In this document: positions 1 through 12,346 of the stretch, piece after piece
Numbering within the stretch: position 1 is the stretch's first letter
Layout: every line of letters begins with the position of its first letter
NCBI RefSeq assembly: GCF_030144855.1
Contig: NC_082731.1
Span: 29,946,001 to 30,010,000 of the forward strand
DNA: 64,000 nt
Direction: 5' to 3'
DNA from: Hypanus sabinus
Taxonomy: Eukaryota
Made by a program: the position numbers and the translations under genes
The notes under the pieces: model-generated
Databases searched by the model: none
Seen by the model: the letters and a program-made list of their open reading frames with translations, nothing else
Told to the model about the DNA's origin: nothing

Positions 1-100
1 GTCCCTGCTGCAGACTGGAACAATGGGGCTGAGTACTCGTGTGTGATAGAAGACAAGAGTTTGCCAACACCGGTGAAGAAATCCATCAGGAAGAACACAG
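1..100 (+). CDS. IgW: Ig heavy-chain constant exon, 3' part only (IgW CH5-like / IgNAR C4-like); truncated by window start
   Basis: Frame 1 reads VPAADWNNGAEYSCVIEDKSLPTPVKKSIRKNT, with the C1-set W..G..Y.C motif; ends at a phase-1 donor ACAG|GTACGT at 100/101. Confidence 0.9.
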
Positions 101-632
101 GTACGTGTGGACAGAATTCAGTGTGAGTCTAATCTCAGCAATTGGACAGATTTATCACCATCCAGCACTGTGATAGACTATAGAAAATGAGAACAGGAGC
201 AGGTCACTGGGTCTCTCGATCTGCTCAACCATTCAATCTGGTCTCGGCTGATCATCCAAATTCAATCCCTATCCCTGTTTTCTCCAGATATCCATTGACC
301 CATTCACATGAAGAAGTATATACAACCCATTCTTGAATGTATTAGATGATAATTCTTCAAGTGCTTTCTGTGGGAGAGAGTTCCACAGGTTCTCATTCCC
401 TCTACACGTACACAGCTGAGACTGCCACCCCTGCTCCAGGGGAGATGGAACAAACAGCACAGGATGATACAAGTCCAGGGGCTGAGTTCCACTTTCTGTC
501 GAGTTGCTGTGTTCAGATAAAGTAAAGCCTCTCAGATTTAGAAATTGTTCACGTTGCTACAAGACCAGAATGTGTCGGTTAAGGAGGGAATTACTGGAAG
601 ATTCATTCTAACTGAGATTCTCTCTGTTCCAG

Positions 633-1018
633 GTGGTGTTGTGACTCGTCCTCAGGTCTACCTCCTCCCACCTTCATCGGATGAGGTAGACACCGATCAG
701 ACTGGGACCTTGATGTGCCTGGTCACCAAGTTCTCTCCCGCAGACATCTATGTGGCCTGGATGGCCAATGACACCCTTCTGAAGACAGGGTTTGTGAACC
801 AGCCGGTGACCACGGACCCCAGAAAAGGCTGGAACACAATGACCAGTCAGCTGAAGGTTTCTCCTGAGGAGTGGAAGAGCGGCACCACTTTCTCCTGTGT
901 GGTGGGTCATGAGTCGCTCACAACCAACCTGTTCCGAAGCATCAATAAATCTCACAGCAAACCCACCCTGGTCAACGTCTCACTTGTTCTGACTGATAGT
1001 TTTAAATCTTGTGTGTAA
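633..1018 (+). CDS. IgW: Ig heavy-chain last C domain plus secretory tailpiece (IgW long-form CH6-like)
   Basis: Acceptor TCTCTGTTCCAG|GT at 632/633, phase 1. Reads GVVTRPQVYLLPPS..TLMCLVTKFSPADIYVAWMANDTLL..FSCVVGHESL..KSHSKPTLVNVSLVLTDSFKSCV*: Ig C1-set Cys/Trp/Cys, tailpiece NVS sequon and penultimate Cys. IgW is preferred over IgNAR/IgM on tail and domain similarity from memory; class certainty ~0.75. Confidence 0.92.
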
Positions 1019-1169
1019 CACTGTGTGATTCAATCCATGAAACCCTAGTTTTGTTAGTTTTATGATTATTAGTTATCAGAGAGGATTATTTAGCTGTTTA
1101 AAACATGATAAAAAGCTGGACCTTTTAAAATAATTAAAAATGAAATTAAGATCTAGAACCAAATTAAAC

Positions 1170-1318
1170 AATAAACATGATTCAGCCCAAATCTCTGAAT
1201 TTGTGTGTACATTCTCAGACCTTCTTCTGCCATGCTTGAATGGATTTCAACCCTGTGTGGGATGGCACAATGTATTAAATCTTTGTATCTGTCAATGTAC
1301 CGATCCAAGTTCAATAAA
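1170..1318 (+). terminator. Candidate poly(A) signals for the secreted long form (AATAAA at 1170 and 1313)
   Basis: AATAAA hexamers ~150 and ~295 nt after the stop; GT-rich sequence (GTCTTGGTTGTGATTTTT) follows the 1313 site. Confidence 0.6.
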
Positions 1319-1710
1319 TATGACATAAGTATGTCTTGGTTGTGATTTTTGGTGATGGAAAATAAGGAACTTTCAACATGAGGTGGGGTGGGTGACGCAC
1401 ACTCAGGGAGAAATAGTAATCTTTGTATCTATGGTGTCTAAACCCTTCCTGCATCTGGAATCCCAACAATCAGCTGTCAACAAATGGTCAGAGAAATTTG
1501 AACCTACGGCCATCTGACAAAGAGTTGAGAGTGCCAACCACTGACCAGACAATATATTTGTGTCAAAGATGTCAGATCACTGTTTGAGGACTCCTTGTCC
1601 CCACTAACTTGGCTGCTCCTCATCTCGTGCCTGTGTGTCACTAACTGAATGAAACGTATCATTGTTGGGAACTGTTGTGTTGTAATGGCGCAGTAAAACA
1701 TCTGTCTGTC

Positions 1711-4185
1711 AGGGCAGACGGTTTACATCTGTACCGGAGGGGGACTAATATCCTGGTGGGAAGGTTTGCTAATGCTGCATCGTGAGGGTGGGGACGGGTT
1801 CAACTAGAGTTGCAGGGGTTGAGAACCAAGGTGTCAGGACAGATAGTGGAGAGATTGGGGAATCAGATGGCAGGAATTAGAAGGTTGAGCATGTTCTGAG
1901 CTGCGTTTATTTCAATGCAAGAAGTATTGTAGGAAAAGTAAATGAGCTCATGTCATAGATCAACACATGGAATTATGATATTCTAGCCATTAGTGAGACT
2001 TGGTTGAAGGAGAGGCAGGATTGGCAACTCAATATTCCAGGGTTCTGTTGTTTTTTAGACACGTCAATGCAGGAGGGGTTAAAGAGGGAGGGATGGTGTA
2101 ACTAGTCAGGGAAATTGTCACAACAGTCATCCATCAGGAGAGACTGGAGAACTCCTCTTGTGAGACTTTATGGGTGGAAATGAGAAATAAGAAAGGTATG
2201 ACCACATTAATGGGACAATATTACAGACCACCCAACAGTCTGCAGGATTTACAGGTACAAATTTGTTGGGAGATCACAGACTTTTGCAAGAAACATAAGG
2301 TTGTGATAGTAGGAGATTTCAACTTTCCACATTTTGACATGGACTCTCAGACTAAAAAAGGGATAGAATTTGTCAAATGTATTCAAGAAAGTTTCCTTAA
2401 TCAGTACATAGAAATCCCAGCAGAGTGTCTGCGATACTTGATTTCTTATTCAGGAATGAGACAGGGCAGGTGACAGAAGATTGTGTACGGGAACATTTTG
2501 CATCTACTGATCATAATGCCATTACTTTCAAAATAAATATGGAAAGAAGATAGATCTGGTTCCTAGGTTCAGATTCTAAATTGGAGAAAGGCCAATTTTG
2601 ATGGTATCAGAGAGGATCTGGTAAGTGTGAATTGGGACAGGCTTTTCTCTGGCAAAGGTCTACTTGGTAAGTGGAAATCTTTCAAAAGTGAAACTTTGAG
2701 AGAACATTGCTTGTATGTGCCTGTCAGAATTAAAGGCAACAACGACAGGTTTAGGAAATCTTGGTCTTCAAGAGATGCTGAGGCGCTAATTAAGAAGAAA
2801 AGGGGAGTGGACAGCAGGTATAGGCAGGTAGGAACAAATGAGGTACTTATGGAGTGTAAAAAATGTAAGAAAACCCTAAAAAGAAATAAGAAGGGTTAAA
2901 AGAATGGACGAGGTTGCCCGAGCAGACAAAGTGAAGGGGAATCCTAAGGGATTCTACAGATATGTTAAGAGCACAATGACTGCAAGGAACAAAGATGGTC
3001 CTCTCGAAGATCAGAATGGTAATCTCTGCATGGAGACAAAGGGGATGGGGAAATCTTAAATGGATTTGTTTGCATCTGTATTTACTTGGGAGACGAACAA
3101 AGAGTCTATAGAAGTGAGGCAAAGCAGAAGCAAGGACATGGACCCTTTACAGATTACAGAGGAGGAGATGTTTACTGTCTTTAAGCAAATTAAGGTGGAT
3201 AAATTCCCAGGGCCTGACAAGATGTTCCCTCTGACCCTGTGGAAGGAAAGTGCAGAAATTGCAGGGGGTTGGTGGCTGGCAGAGATATTTAAAACATCCT
3301 TAGCTCCAGGTGAGGTATAGCTGACATTGTTCCACTGTTTAAAAAAGGCTGTAAAAATAAACCAGGAAATTATAGGCCAGTGAGCCTGACATCTGTACTG
3401 GGAAAGTTATTGGAAGTTATTCTAAGGGACCAGATATATGAGTTTTTGGACTGACTTGGATTGATTAAGGACAGTCAGCATGGCTTTGTGTCTAACCAAT
3501 CTTATGGAGGTTATTGAGGAAGTTACTAGGAAAGTTGATGAAGACAAGGCAGTGGCTGTTAGCAACATGAACCTCAGCATGGCATTTGACAAGGTCCCAC
3601 ATGGGAGGGTGGTCAGGAAGGGTCAGTAGCTCGGCATTCAAGATGAGGAAGTAAATTGGATTAGTCATTGGCTTTGTGAGGGAAGCCAGAGACTGATAGT
3701 CAATGGTTGCCTCTCTGACTGGAGACCTGTGCCTCAGGGATTGATGCTGAGTCCACTGCTGTTTGTCATCTTTATCAATGATTTGGATGACATTGTGGTT
3801 AACTGGATCAGCAAATTTACAGTTGACCACAAGACAGAAGGTGTAGCAGACAGCAAGGAATACTATCAGAGCTTGCAGTGGGATCTGGACCGGCTGGTAA
3901 AATGGGCTGAAAAATGGCAGAGGGAATTTAATGCAGACAAGTGTGAGGTGTTGCACTTCGATAGGATCAGCCAGGGTAGGTCTTACACAGTGAACGATAG
4001 GACACTGAGGAGTGCAGTAGACAAAGGGATCTGGGAACACAGGTCCATAATTCATTGAAAGTGGAGGCACAGGGAGATAGGATCTCAAAGAAATGTTATG
4101 GCACACTGGCCTTCATAAATCAAGGTATTGAGTATAGGAGACAGGATGTTATGTTGTGACTAGATGGGCCTGTTTTCTATGACTC
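1711..4185 (+). mobile_element. Degenerate CR1-type LINE (end of ORF1, APE endonuclease, RT)
   Basis: YFNARSIVGK..EL, VVIVGDFNFP and PQG..LSPLLFVIFINDLD motifs across frames; many stops and frameshifts. Confidence 0.88.
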
Positions 4186-4199
4186 AATGACTGTCTGAC

Positions 4200-5030
4200 A
4201 GTGACCAAGACCAGCCAGTCTGTGTCTGCATTGCTTGGAGTTATTGACAGTCTGCAGAACATTTTCAGCTGACATGGACTGCCTATATCCATCAAATCAG
4301 GTAATGGACCTCAATTCAGAAGTCCAATTACAGGGAATATTGTAAGAGTAATGGAATCAAATGACTGAGAACAGTGCCCAAAGTGGGCTCAGGCAATTGG
4401 TGAAGTGAAGCGCCAAAATACATCACTGATGGAAAGGATGAGGTCCTGCCTGATTGGAAATGTGAACTGAGACTGTGGACAGATGTGTGGAACATGCCAA
4501 CACGGGGAAAAGTCCACCTGAACTTCTCACAACCACAAAGTGAGAGGGATGTTACCACATCAAGGAGGTACACACAACAGAACTGGAAGTACGGGGTCAG
4601 GACCCAGAACGAAGAGGAAAATTCAGGCTGTATGCAGACAGCCACAGAGGAGCTCAAAAGTCTATTGTCAAAGTTGGGGACACTGTGCTTATCCAGCAAG
4701 AAAAAGTGGACAAATTCGCCACACCTTTCAACATAGCACACAGGGTGATGAGGAAAACAGGAAAACCAGTGGTAGTTGAATCTCCAGCTGGAGTGCAGTA
4801 TGCAAGGAACACCACATATGGAAAAAGTTCAACACAAGGACTTTCGGCAAACAGGAGGAAATTCAAGGACTTCGCAATGAGATACTGAGAGGGGATGATG
4901 GACAGTTACGTATAAGTTCAGTTTCACTGTAAGCAAAATCCATTACCAGACTTTGAAAGCAAAGAGAAACTGGTGGAGAGACCTCAAAGGGTTAGGAAAC
5001 AACCTCTGAAGTTTCACAGTTTTGTTAAGT
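4200..5030 (+). mobile_element. Gypsy-type LTR retrotransposon integrase remnant
   Basis: HGLPISIKSGNGPQF and WAQAIGEVKRQN (decayed DDE core), GDTVLIQQEK..VVVESPAGVQYARN, and a terminal RPQRVRKQP motif; disrupted. Confidence 0.75.
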
Positions 5031-5424
5031 AGAAAGTAGAGCTTAATTTGTGGGTTTGTAACAATGTAAACTGTTGTAAGTGGAAAATGAAGTTTTCAGT
5101 TCCAGAGTTATTAAGTTGAAACAGAAAATGTGTTGGTTATAGTCATGCATTTCAGAGAATACTGTTGAATTGAAATGATTAAATCTGTGAGTTGAATGTG
5201 TTCTAAGACATTGAAGTTCACTTCTCAGGTAAGGAGCAACACCAGGTATTGAAATGGTAAAGTCAGTTAATGTAGTTTGACACTTGTCAAGTTCGGTGAT
5301 GATGTCATCAGTCTGGGACAGAACAACACACAACGTGAGGGAGCATGGAAGCGAAAATAAGAAAAAAAGACACGTTCAGAGCATAAAGGATCGAGTCATG
5401 ATATATGTACTGTCTAATTAATAC

Positions 5425-5810
5425 TAAGATAGGTTGCAAATACACAACACCACCTTCTTGAGGCACCCCCTGTTGAAGGTGTCATCAACACTGGACGGTG
5501 CTCGGTGCCCATGATAGAGCTGGCTGAGTTTACAACTTTCTGCAGCTTTTACCGATTGTGAAGTAGTTAGAATGTTCTCCATGCTACATCTGTAGAAATC
5601 TGCGAGAGTCTTTACTGACATACCAAATGTACTCAAACTCCAAATGAGATGCAGCCACTGTCATGTCTTCTTTGTGATTGCATCAATATGCTGGACCAAG
5701 GACAGATCATCAGAGATATTAACACCCAGGAACTGGAAACTGCTCACCCTTTCCACTGCTGATCCCTCAATGAAGACTGGTGTGTGTTCCCACGACTTCC
5801 CCTTCCTGAG
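5425..5810 (-). mobile_element. Rex1/Babar-type LINE fragment
   Basis: Minus strand gives VERVSSFQFLGVNISDDL..HIDAITKK and DFYRCSMENILT. Confidence 0.8.
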
Positions 5811-6159
5811 ACAGGAAGGTTTCAGGAAATGTTGTCTTTGGTCAGAAACTGCATTTCTCATTGCAATTCACAGCTCCGATACTGCATTTTATTGGCATTC
5901 CAGCAGCTAAATGTCACGTAGCTGGGCCACTGACCTGCAGTCCCTGCTGTGACCTGACTGGCTCCTTGATGTTTGATTTTGTTTTCTCAGTCAAAGGTTG
6001 TAAGCAGAGATGAGCAACCCACTCTGCAAACAAACCTGATTTCATTCCAATGTACAATTCTGTACAAATTGAGCTTCAGGATGAGTCTGAGCTGAAGTTG
6101 CCAAGCCAGCTGACAGCAGATATTGTCCAGTTTGTAAATTTTCTATTTCTCATCTACAG

Positions 6160-6462
6160 AGTTGTCTGTCTTTATCCAAAATCCCTCCATTGAAGAGATG
6201 TGGATCAACCAGACCGCTACTCTGGTGTGTATGATTGTGGGTGCTGATCTGAGCCAGGTCCAAATCCACTGGCAGGTGAACGAGGGGGAGAAAATCAAAG
6301 CAAACGTGACCAAAAATCTGAGAGAGGAAGGAACCCGAGACACAGTGATCAGCCAACTCCAGACCAGTGTGGAGGAGTGGGCCAGTGGGATGGAGTACAC
6401 TTGCTCTGCCCAACAACCTTCTTCAACCTCACCAGTATCAGCACGGAGAAAAAGTACCAAAG
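6160..6462 (+). CDS. IgW: Additional Ig C-domain exon downstream of the tailpiece exon (IgW CH3-like / IgNAR C2-like)
   Basis: Acceptor TTTCTCATCTACAG|AG, donor AAAG|GTGGGC, phase 1-1. Intact ELSVFIQNPSIEEMWINQTATLVC..W..SVEEWASGMEYTCSAQQ..KSTK. Confidence 0.9.
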
Positions 6463-6550
6463 GTGGGCAAGAGGTCAGCGATTAAAATGGACAACGTTGT
6501 TACCTCAGTAAAAATGTCTGACATTTCCATTGTTTGCCCATCAGTTCCAG

Positions 6551-6868
6551 TGGAGACAAAAGGTCCCAAAGTCAGACTGCTGCCACCACCAGAGGGGGAG
6601 ACCAAGAGTGGGAACATGGTCACCCTCGAGTGTGTTGCCTCTGGATTCTACCCGAACCAAATAACCATCACCTGGGAGAAAGGGGACTCTCTGATCTCTT
6701 CCAACATCAGTGTGAGACCAGCTGCTCTGGAACAGGCAGGGACTTTCATTGCCAGCTACGTCCTGACCGTGAGACCAGAGGAGTGGAAGGAAGGCTCAGT
6801 TTTCAGATGCACAGTGTCTCATCCCCCCTCCAACACCAGCGTCAGGCTGGATGTGAAAAACATTCAAG
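6551..6868 (+). CDS. IgW: Additional Ig C-domain exon (IgW CH4-like / IgNAR C3-like)
   Basis: Follows an 88-nt intron; acceptor TTCCAG|TG (in-frame alternative at 6545), donor CAAG|GTATGA, phase 1-1. Reads VETKGPKVRLLPP..VTLECVASGFYP..W..EEWKEGSVFRCTVSHPPS..KNIQ. Confidence 0.9.
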
Positions 6869-7203
6869 GTATGATTCTGAGATTCACTCCGCTGTTGACA
6901 TCCTCTGCCACAGCCACAACCCAGGGCCAAGCAAGGTCAATAGGTAACGGCAAGTGTGGCATTGTTGTAGTTGTGTGAGTGGATTAATAATGCAGAGGCA
7001 GAGAGTGGGAAAGAATCAGATTTCATCCGATGGTACTAGTACCAGGATCACTGACCTACAGTCTGTTCCCAAGCCTCAGGACAATGGCGTGAACACACAA
7101 CCAGAGGTGACTGTGCACAATTCTGGTTTTAGATTACAAACTGTTTCACTCATGTTCTTTGGTTTCTTCCTACTCTGTTTACCTATATCCATCAATCCCA
7201 CAG

Positions 7204-7277
7204 CAAACTCTTCACTGCTCTGTGATCGGCCGGCTGGAGCAGAGCAAGGAATGCCGGCCTTGTCAGAGAGGGAATGA
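7204..7277 (+). CDS. Candidate stand-alone secretory tail exon (ANSSLLCDRPAGAEQGMPALSERE*)
   Basis: Long pyrimidine tract ending CCCACAG at 7203; phase-1 compatible with the exon ending at 6868; NSS sequon, one Cys, stop; AATAAA downstream at 7930 and 8063. No transcript evidence. Confidence 0.45.
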
Positions 7278-9826
7278 TGAAATAATGACTGCAGGATCAA
7301 TGTTTGCACACCAGCGTCTCAGAGACATGAAGCAAGATTATCTGTCAGCAGAACTGGAGGAACTGAGTTTCACTGGAGCAGGCATTGTAGAATGTAACTG
7401 GACACCAGACAGTTGTTGAGTTCCAGTAAACCAGAGAGATGCACAGTACTCAGCCAGGCACAGAACTAGTGCTGAAGCAATGGTACACAGTACACTTGTG
7501 ATGCTGTCGCAATGTTATCTCTTTCTCTGTCCATAAATGTTCTCTAACCTGCTGAATACTTTCCACAATTTCCCTTTCATTTCCAAATGTAAAAACCTTT
7601 ACATTTTAGATGTGGAGAGATCACAAGTGATGTAAGCGTTGGCCTGGATGGAGTAAGAGCAGAATATTCCCGGTAAACATTTCAAGAAAAAAAGGCCTTT
7701 CCCAATAGGAACCCTCTGAAGTTACCCTTCCCCGCCAGATGAGATGGAAAGAAGTTGGGTCACTGGGTTCTCTGCAGCAGAGATTCCCGTGGACAGAGTG
7801 GCCGACAACTCCAATTGTCAACCTTCAACTGATGGTGTGGTTCACCTCACTGAAACAAGCAAGATTACCTGCAAGTCTTTTCTTATTAGCTCAAAATGGA
7901 AATATAGATTTCATGACTAAATACATCAAAATAAATTATCAACATTTCTAAGATCCTGCAGTTATTGTTAAAACTTCTGTGTGTCAGGTCTGATCCTGTT
8001 GGAAACTTGTGTAGACAACTTGAGAGGTTAAATGTCAGCCTGTGTTTGTGTAATCAAAATTCAATAAAGAAGATATGGAAAGCATTCGGCTGCCAGTGTT
8101 CTGTGCCGGTATGTTTAGGATAAAAGTGTGTGACTTAAACATGAGGGGTGGGAAGTGTTGCCTGGTTGGTTCTGAGCTTCATTGTATAAGCAGTTAGACA
8201 TTCAAGTAGATATAGGTATATGTGTATTATAGTTTCCACTGTGCAAATGATGGAACATTCTGGATTGGTCCACAGTTTGAAATATGCAAAGTTAATTGAC
8301 AGGGAAAGGTATTTTATCACCTTTCTGAAGACATTTGGTGAACTCACTCAGAAAGTGGAGAGTTACAGAAAGAAAGAACAATATGTAGCCAGTGATGCCC
8401 TGGGACCTGCAGCAATGTGTTCAGTGCTGACACTATTCACTGGATCAAAGAGTCAAAGGTTCATTTATTGTCAATATTGTATAATATATGGATAGATTAT
8501 CATCTATCCATATACAACTCTGAAATTTGATTCTCCAGATAGCCAAGAAAACAAAGAAAGTATATGAAAATTGTTCGGAGAAACACAGCAAACCCACCAC
8601 CCATATAAATAAGAACAGCACCTGACCATCACCCCCCAAAAACACCCTCTCCCACACAAAACGGAACAGAAACATCAAACCCCAAAAGGCAACCCTCCCC
8701 CCCACAAAAGGCTAACAGAACACCAACCCCCAAACACCCTCCCCTCACACAGCACAACAGTCCGATCCATAAACACAGAACCACAACACCATCTCTGATA
8801 TCACCGACATTCATTGTAAGAGCAGAGAGGGACACCACACGAGGCAGAGGCCGACCCGCCTGTCACAGCGAGCCACACAGCAACAGGCCGCTCACAGCAT
8901 CCATCTCCAGCAGTGATCAAAAAGCAAACAGTCAGTGCTGATATTGGGCAGATACCCACATGACAACTTTGCCACTCACATAACACTGGCAAATCTATCA
9001 GCACTCTGTAAGGTTTTAACTACAGAGATAATATTCGATGAAATGAATAGGCAAGAGCCAACTCAAGGTCTTGGGACTACATCTAGGAAGGGACAAACTG
9101 TCTTGGAGAGAGTGCTGAGCATACATGCACTCCCCAGTGCAAATTACAAGATGGGATGATGTTAAATGAGAGCGTAGCTTCTGTAATGAAGAACACTAAT
9201 GGAAGATCTGGTCAATATTTTTGGTGGAGCGAACATAGTCGATGAGGAGAAACTAGTTCATTTAGTTCTCCCCAGGGGCTCCCAAGTTACAAATGACATG
9301 CTGTAAGGAAATGTGACTCAACTCATCAAGTTAAGTCGAGTTTATTGTCATGTGCACAAGTACCTTGAGGTGCAGGTAAAATCAGAAATTTGCTGCCAGC
9401 ATCACAGGCATGTAGCTTCAGACAACACACTAAATCCTAATTTTACATAAATCATCCAAGACATGAAGAGGGAAAAAAGGCAGTGCAGGACAATACATTC
9501 ATGCAAAGAAAAACAGACATTCAACTTGAAGAGGTTCATGGAAGTTTGGAACAGTCTTCCACAATGTCAGGTCTGTAGGTCAATTTAAACATGAGAGTGA
9601 ATAGACAATAGACAATAGGTGCAGAAGTGGTTTGGATAATCCCAGGGATCAATGGATCTGAGGAAAAATCAGGCCAATGCAGTTGGTCAAAGATCAACTA
9701 CAATGTCATTGAATGGTGGAACTGACTCAGGCCTCCTGTGTTCCTGTCTTCCGTTTGTCTTGACGTGATGAGGATGTTGTTGATCTTCAGGAAACATCAA
9801 CTCTCTCACTTTCTCAATTCTTTCAG

Positions 9827-9969
9827 AAACCTGCACAGACTTGACAGGAGAGGAGGGGAAGGAAGAACAGGGACACGTGGATGGAGATGACAATGTGCCT
9901 ACAGTTGCTGCCTTTGCCGTTCTGTTCATCATCAGTTTCCTCTACAGCACCTTCGTCACCGTTGTCAAG
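9827..9969 (+). CDS. IgW: Ig heavy-chain transmembrane exon (TM1)
   Basis: Acceptor CTCAATTCTTTCAG|AA (phase 1), donor AAG|GTAACT (phase 0). Reads ETCTDLTGEEGKEEQGHVDGDDNVPTVAAFAVLFIISFLYSTFVTVVK: acidic spacer plus the antigen-receptor TM (CART) pattern F..LF..S..YST.VT..K. Confidence 0.92.
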
Positions 9970-10289
9970 GTAACTAATTGACTAACGGAGGCATCCCATG
10001 AAACCCAAACTTTCACCTTCCTTATCTCACCACATTGCATTCTCTGACACTGCAACCCCAACGACAGCACAATCAACAGACAATGCAGTCTTGAGGCCCC
10101 TCACAACCCCTGGGACTTTACACCTTTCTTCTTCACTCCGAGCCTCTGGGCCTTGATAAGCAGAAGGTGGCAGAATGTGAATGGGTATTTGGGGCAACAA
10201 TTGTGAACTTAAGGAAATCAAGCAAGAGTTGTATTGAGAGAACAGCAGGGTAAGGGTCAGAGGAGGTTGATTTGGTAGATGAATGTGTG

Positions 10290-12070
10290 GCTGAGGAACT
10301 GGTGTAGGGGGCAGGGTGTCAGATTTCTGGATCACTGTGATCACTGCTGGGGAAGGTGCGACCTGTACAAAAGGGATGAATAACACCTGAACCTGAGGGA
10401 GACAAATATCCTTGTGGGCAGGTTGGCTAGAGCTGTTCAGGTGGGTTTAAACTAATTTGGCGGGGGATAGGAAATGGAGTGATAGGGCGGAGGACCGAGT
10501 CATTGGTTTACTAACAGAGGCAGTGTGTAGTGAGATTGCTAGCAAGCAGGGACTGATGATCGGGTTAAAATGCAGTCAACAGGATGAGTTGCAATGTAAA
10601 AGGAGGACAAGATAGAATTCAATGCATGCTGTATATGGAATAATGTAGATGAACGTGTGGCACAGCTACAGATTGGATTGCATGATGTTGTGGCATCACT
10701 GAATCATGGCTGAAAGAAGATTACAGCTGGGAGCTTAGCTGGCAGGTAGGTAGAGGGGGTGGGTTGGCTCTGTTGGTAAAAAATGAAATCAAATCAATAG
10801 AAAGAGATGACATAGGATCAGAAGGTGTAGAATCATTGTGAGTAGAGTTAAGGGATTGCAAGGGTAAAAAGACCCTATAAAGAACAGTGGCAAATATGTG
10901 TCTACTAATTACAACAGGAGATAGAAAATGCATGTCAAAAGGGCAATGTTACAATAGTCATGGGGGATCTCAATATTCAGGTAGATTGGGAACATCAAGT
11001 TGATGCTGGATCTCAAGAGTGGAAATTTGTAGAATGCCTGCAAGATGGCTTTATAAAGTAGATCATTGTTGAGCACATCAGGGGATTAGCAATCCTGGAT
11101 TGGGCGTTGTGCAGTGAACTGGAATTGATTAGAGAGCTTAAGGTAAAGGAACCCTTAGGGTCCAGTGATCATAATATGATAGAACTCACTCTGCAAATTG
11201 AAAAGGAGAAGCTAGAGTCAGATGTATCAGTATTACAGTGGAATAAAGGGAGTTGCAGAGGCATGAGAGAGGAACTGGCCAAAATTGATTGGAAGGGGAC
11301 ATTGGCAGGGATAACAGCAGAGTAGCAATGCCTGGAATTTCCCTGAGTAATTCAGAAGGCACAGGATAGACACATCCCAAAGAAGAAGAAGTATTCAAAA
11401 TGCAGGATGACACAACCATGGCTGACAAGAGAAGTCAAAGCCAACATGAAAGTCAAATACAGGCATATAATAGTGCAAAAATTAGTGGGAAATTAGAGGA
11501 TTGGGAAGCTTTTAAAAATCAACAGAAGACAACTAAATAAAGTCAGAAAGAAAAAGACTGAATACAAAGGTAAGATAGACAATAATATTACAGAGGATAC
11601 CAAAGGTCTCTTCACATACGTAAAGTGTAAAAGAGAGGTGAGAGGAGATATTGGAGCGCTGGAAGATAATGCTGGAGAGGTAGTAATGGGAGATCAGGAA
11701 ATGGTGGATGAACTGAATAAGCACTTTGCATCAGACTTCACTGGGGAAGGCACTAGCAGTATGATGGAAGCTCAGGAGTGTCGGGGGAAGAAGTGAGTGT
11801 ATTTACCAGGGAAAAGGTGCTTTGGAAACTGAAAGTCAGCTGGATCAGATGGTCTACACTCCAGGATTCTGAAAGAGGTGGCTGAAGAGATTATGAAGGC
11901 GTTAGTAATGATCTTTCGAGAATCACTAGATTCTGGCATCGTTCTGAAGAACTGGAAAATTGTAATTGTCATGCCACTCTTCAAGAAGGGAGAGAGGCAC
12001 ACAAAAGGAAATTCTAGCCCAGTTAGCCTGACCTCAGTGGTTGGGAAGATGTTGGAGTGGATTGTTAAAG
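10290..12070 (+). mobile_element. Degenerate CR1-type LINE in the TM1-TM2 intron
   Basis: ORF1 end (LDH..GRCDLYK), endonuclease (EPLGSSDHNMIE) and GNSSPVSLTSVVGKMLE. Confidence 0.85.
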
Positions 12071-12334
12071 ATGGGGTTTCTGCTCCTATGACTTATGGTC
12101 TTACTCGGGACATAAAACTTTAGCCCAACTATGTATCACACTAAAGGTCTGAACTGGTACTCAGATTCATGTTTTGTGGTGACCTCAGAGAATACTGACA
12201 TACTCCTCTTCATGGGCTTCCATCTCCTGGAATGAGGACAGACCGCCTGTTATTTAGTTCACCTGTCCTCACAGGTTCAGGTCTGTGCTGCACCTTGTCA
12301 CTCACAATATCATACTCTCCTGTCTGTATTTCAG

Positions 12335-12346
12335 GCTCAGCAGTGA
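12335..12346 (+). CDS. IgW: Probable TM2 cytoplasmic exon (AQQ*) with 3' UTR and AATAAA at 12472
   Basis: Acceptor CTCTCCTGTCTGTATTTCAG|GCT CAG CAG TGA, phase 0 matching TM1; unique sequence between repeats; AATAAA ~125 nt after the stop. Confidence 0.6.
   Translation, partial: AQQ

Noticed and set aside
8935-9300. Protein-like ORF (YPHDNFATHITLANLSALCKV...) in the intron before TM1
   Set aside because: No recognisable family, interrupted by stops and without convincing splice sites; possibly another piece of the unclassified repeat, which needs a homology search.
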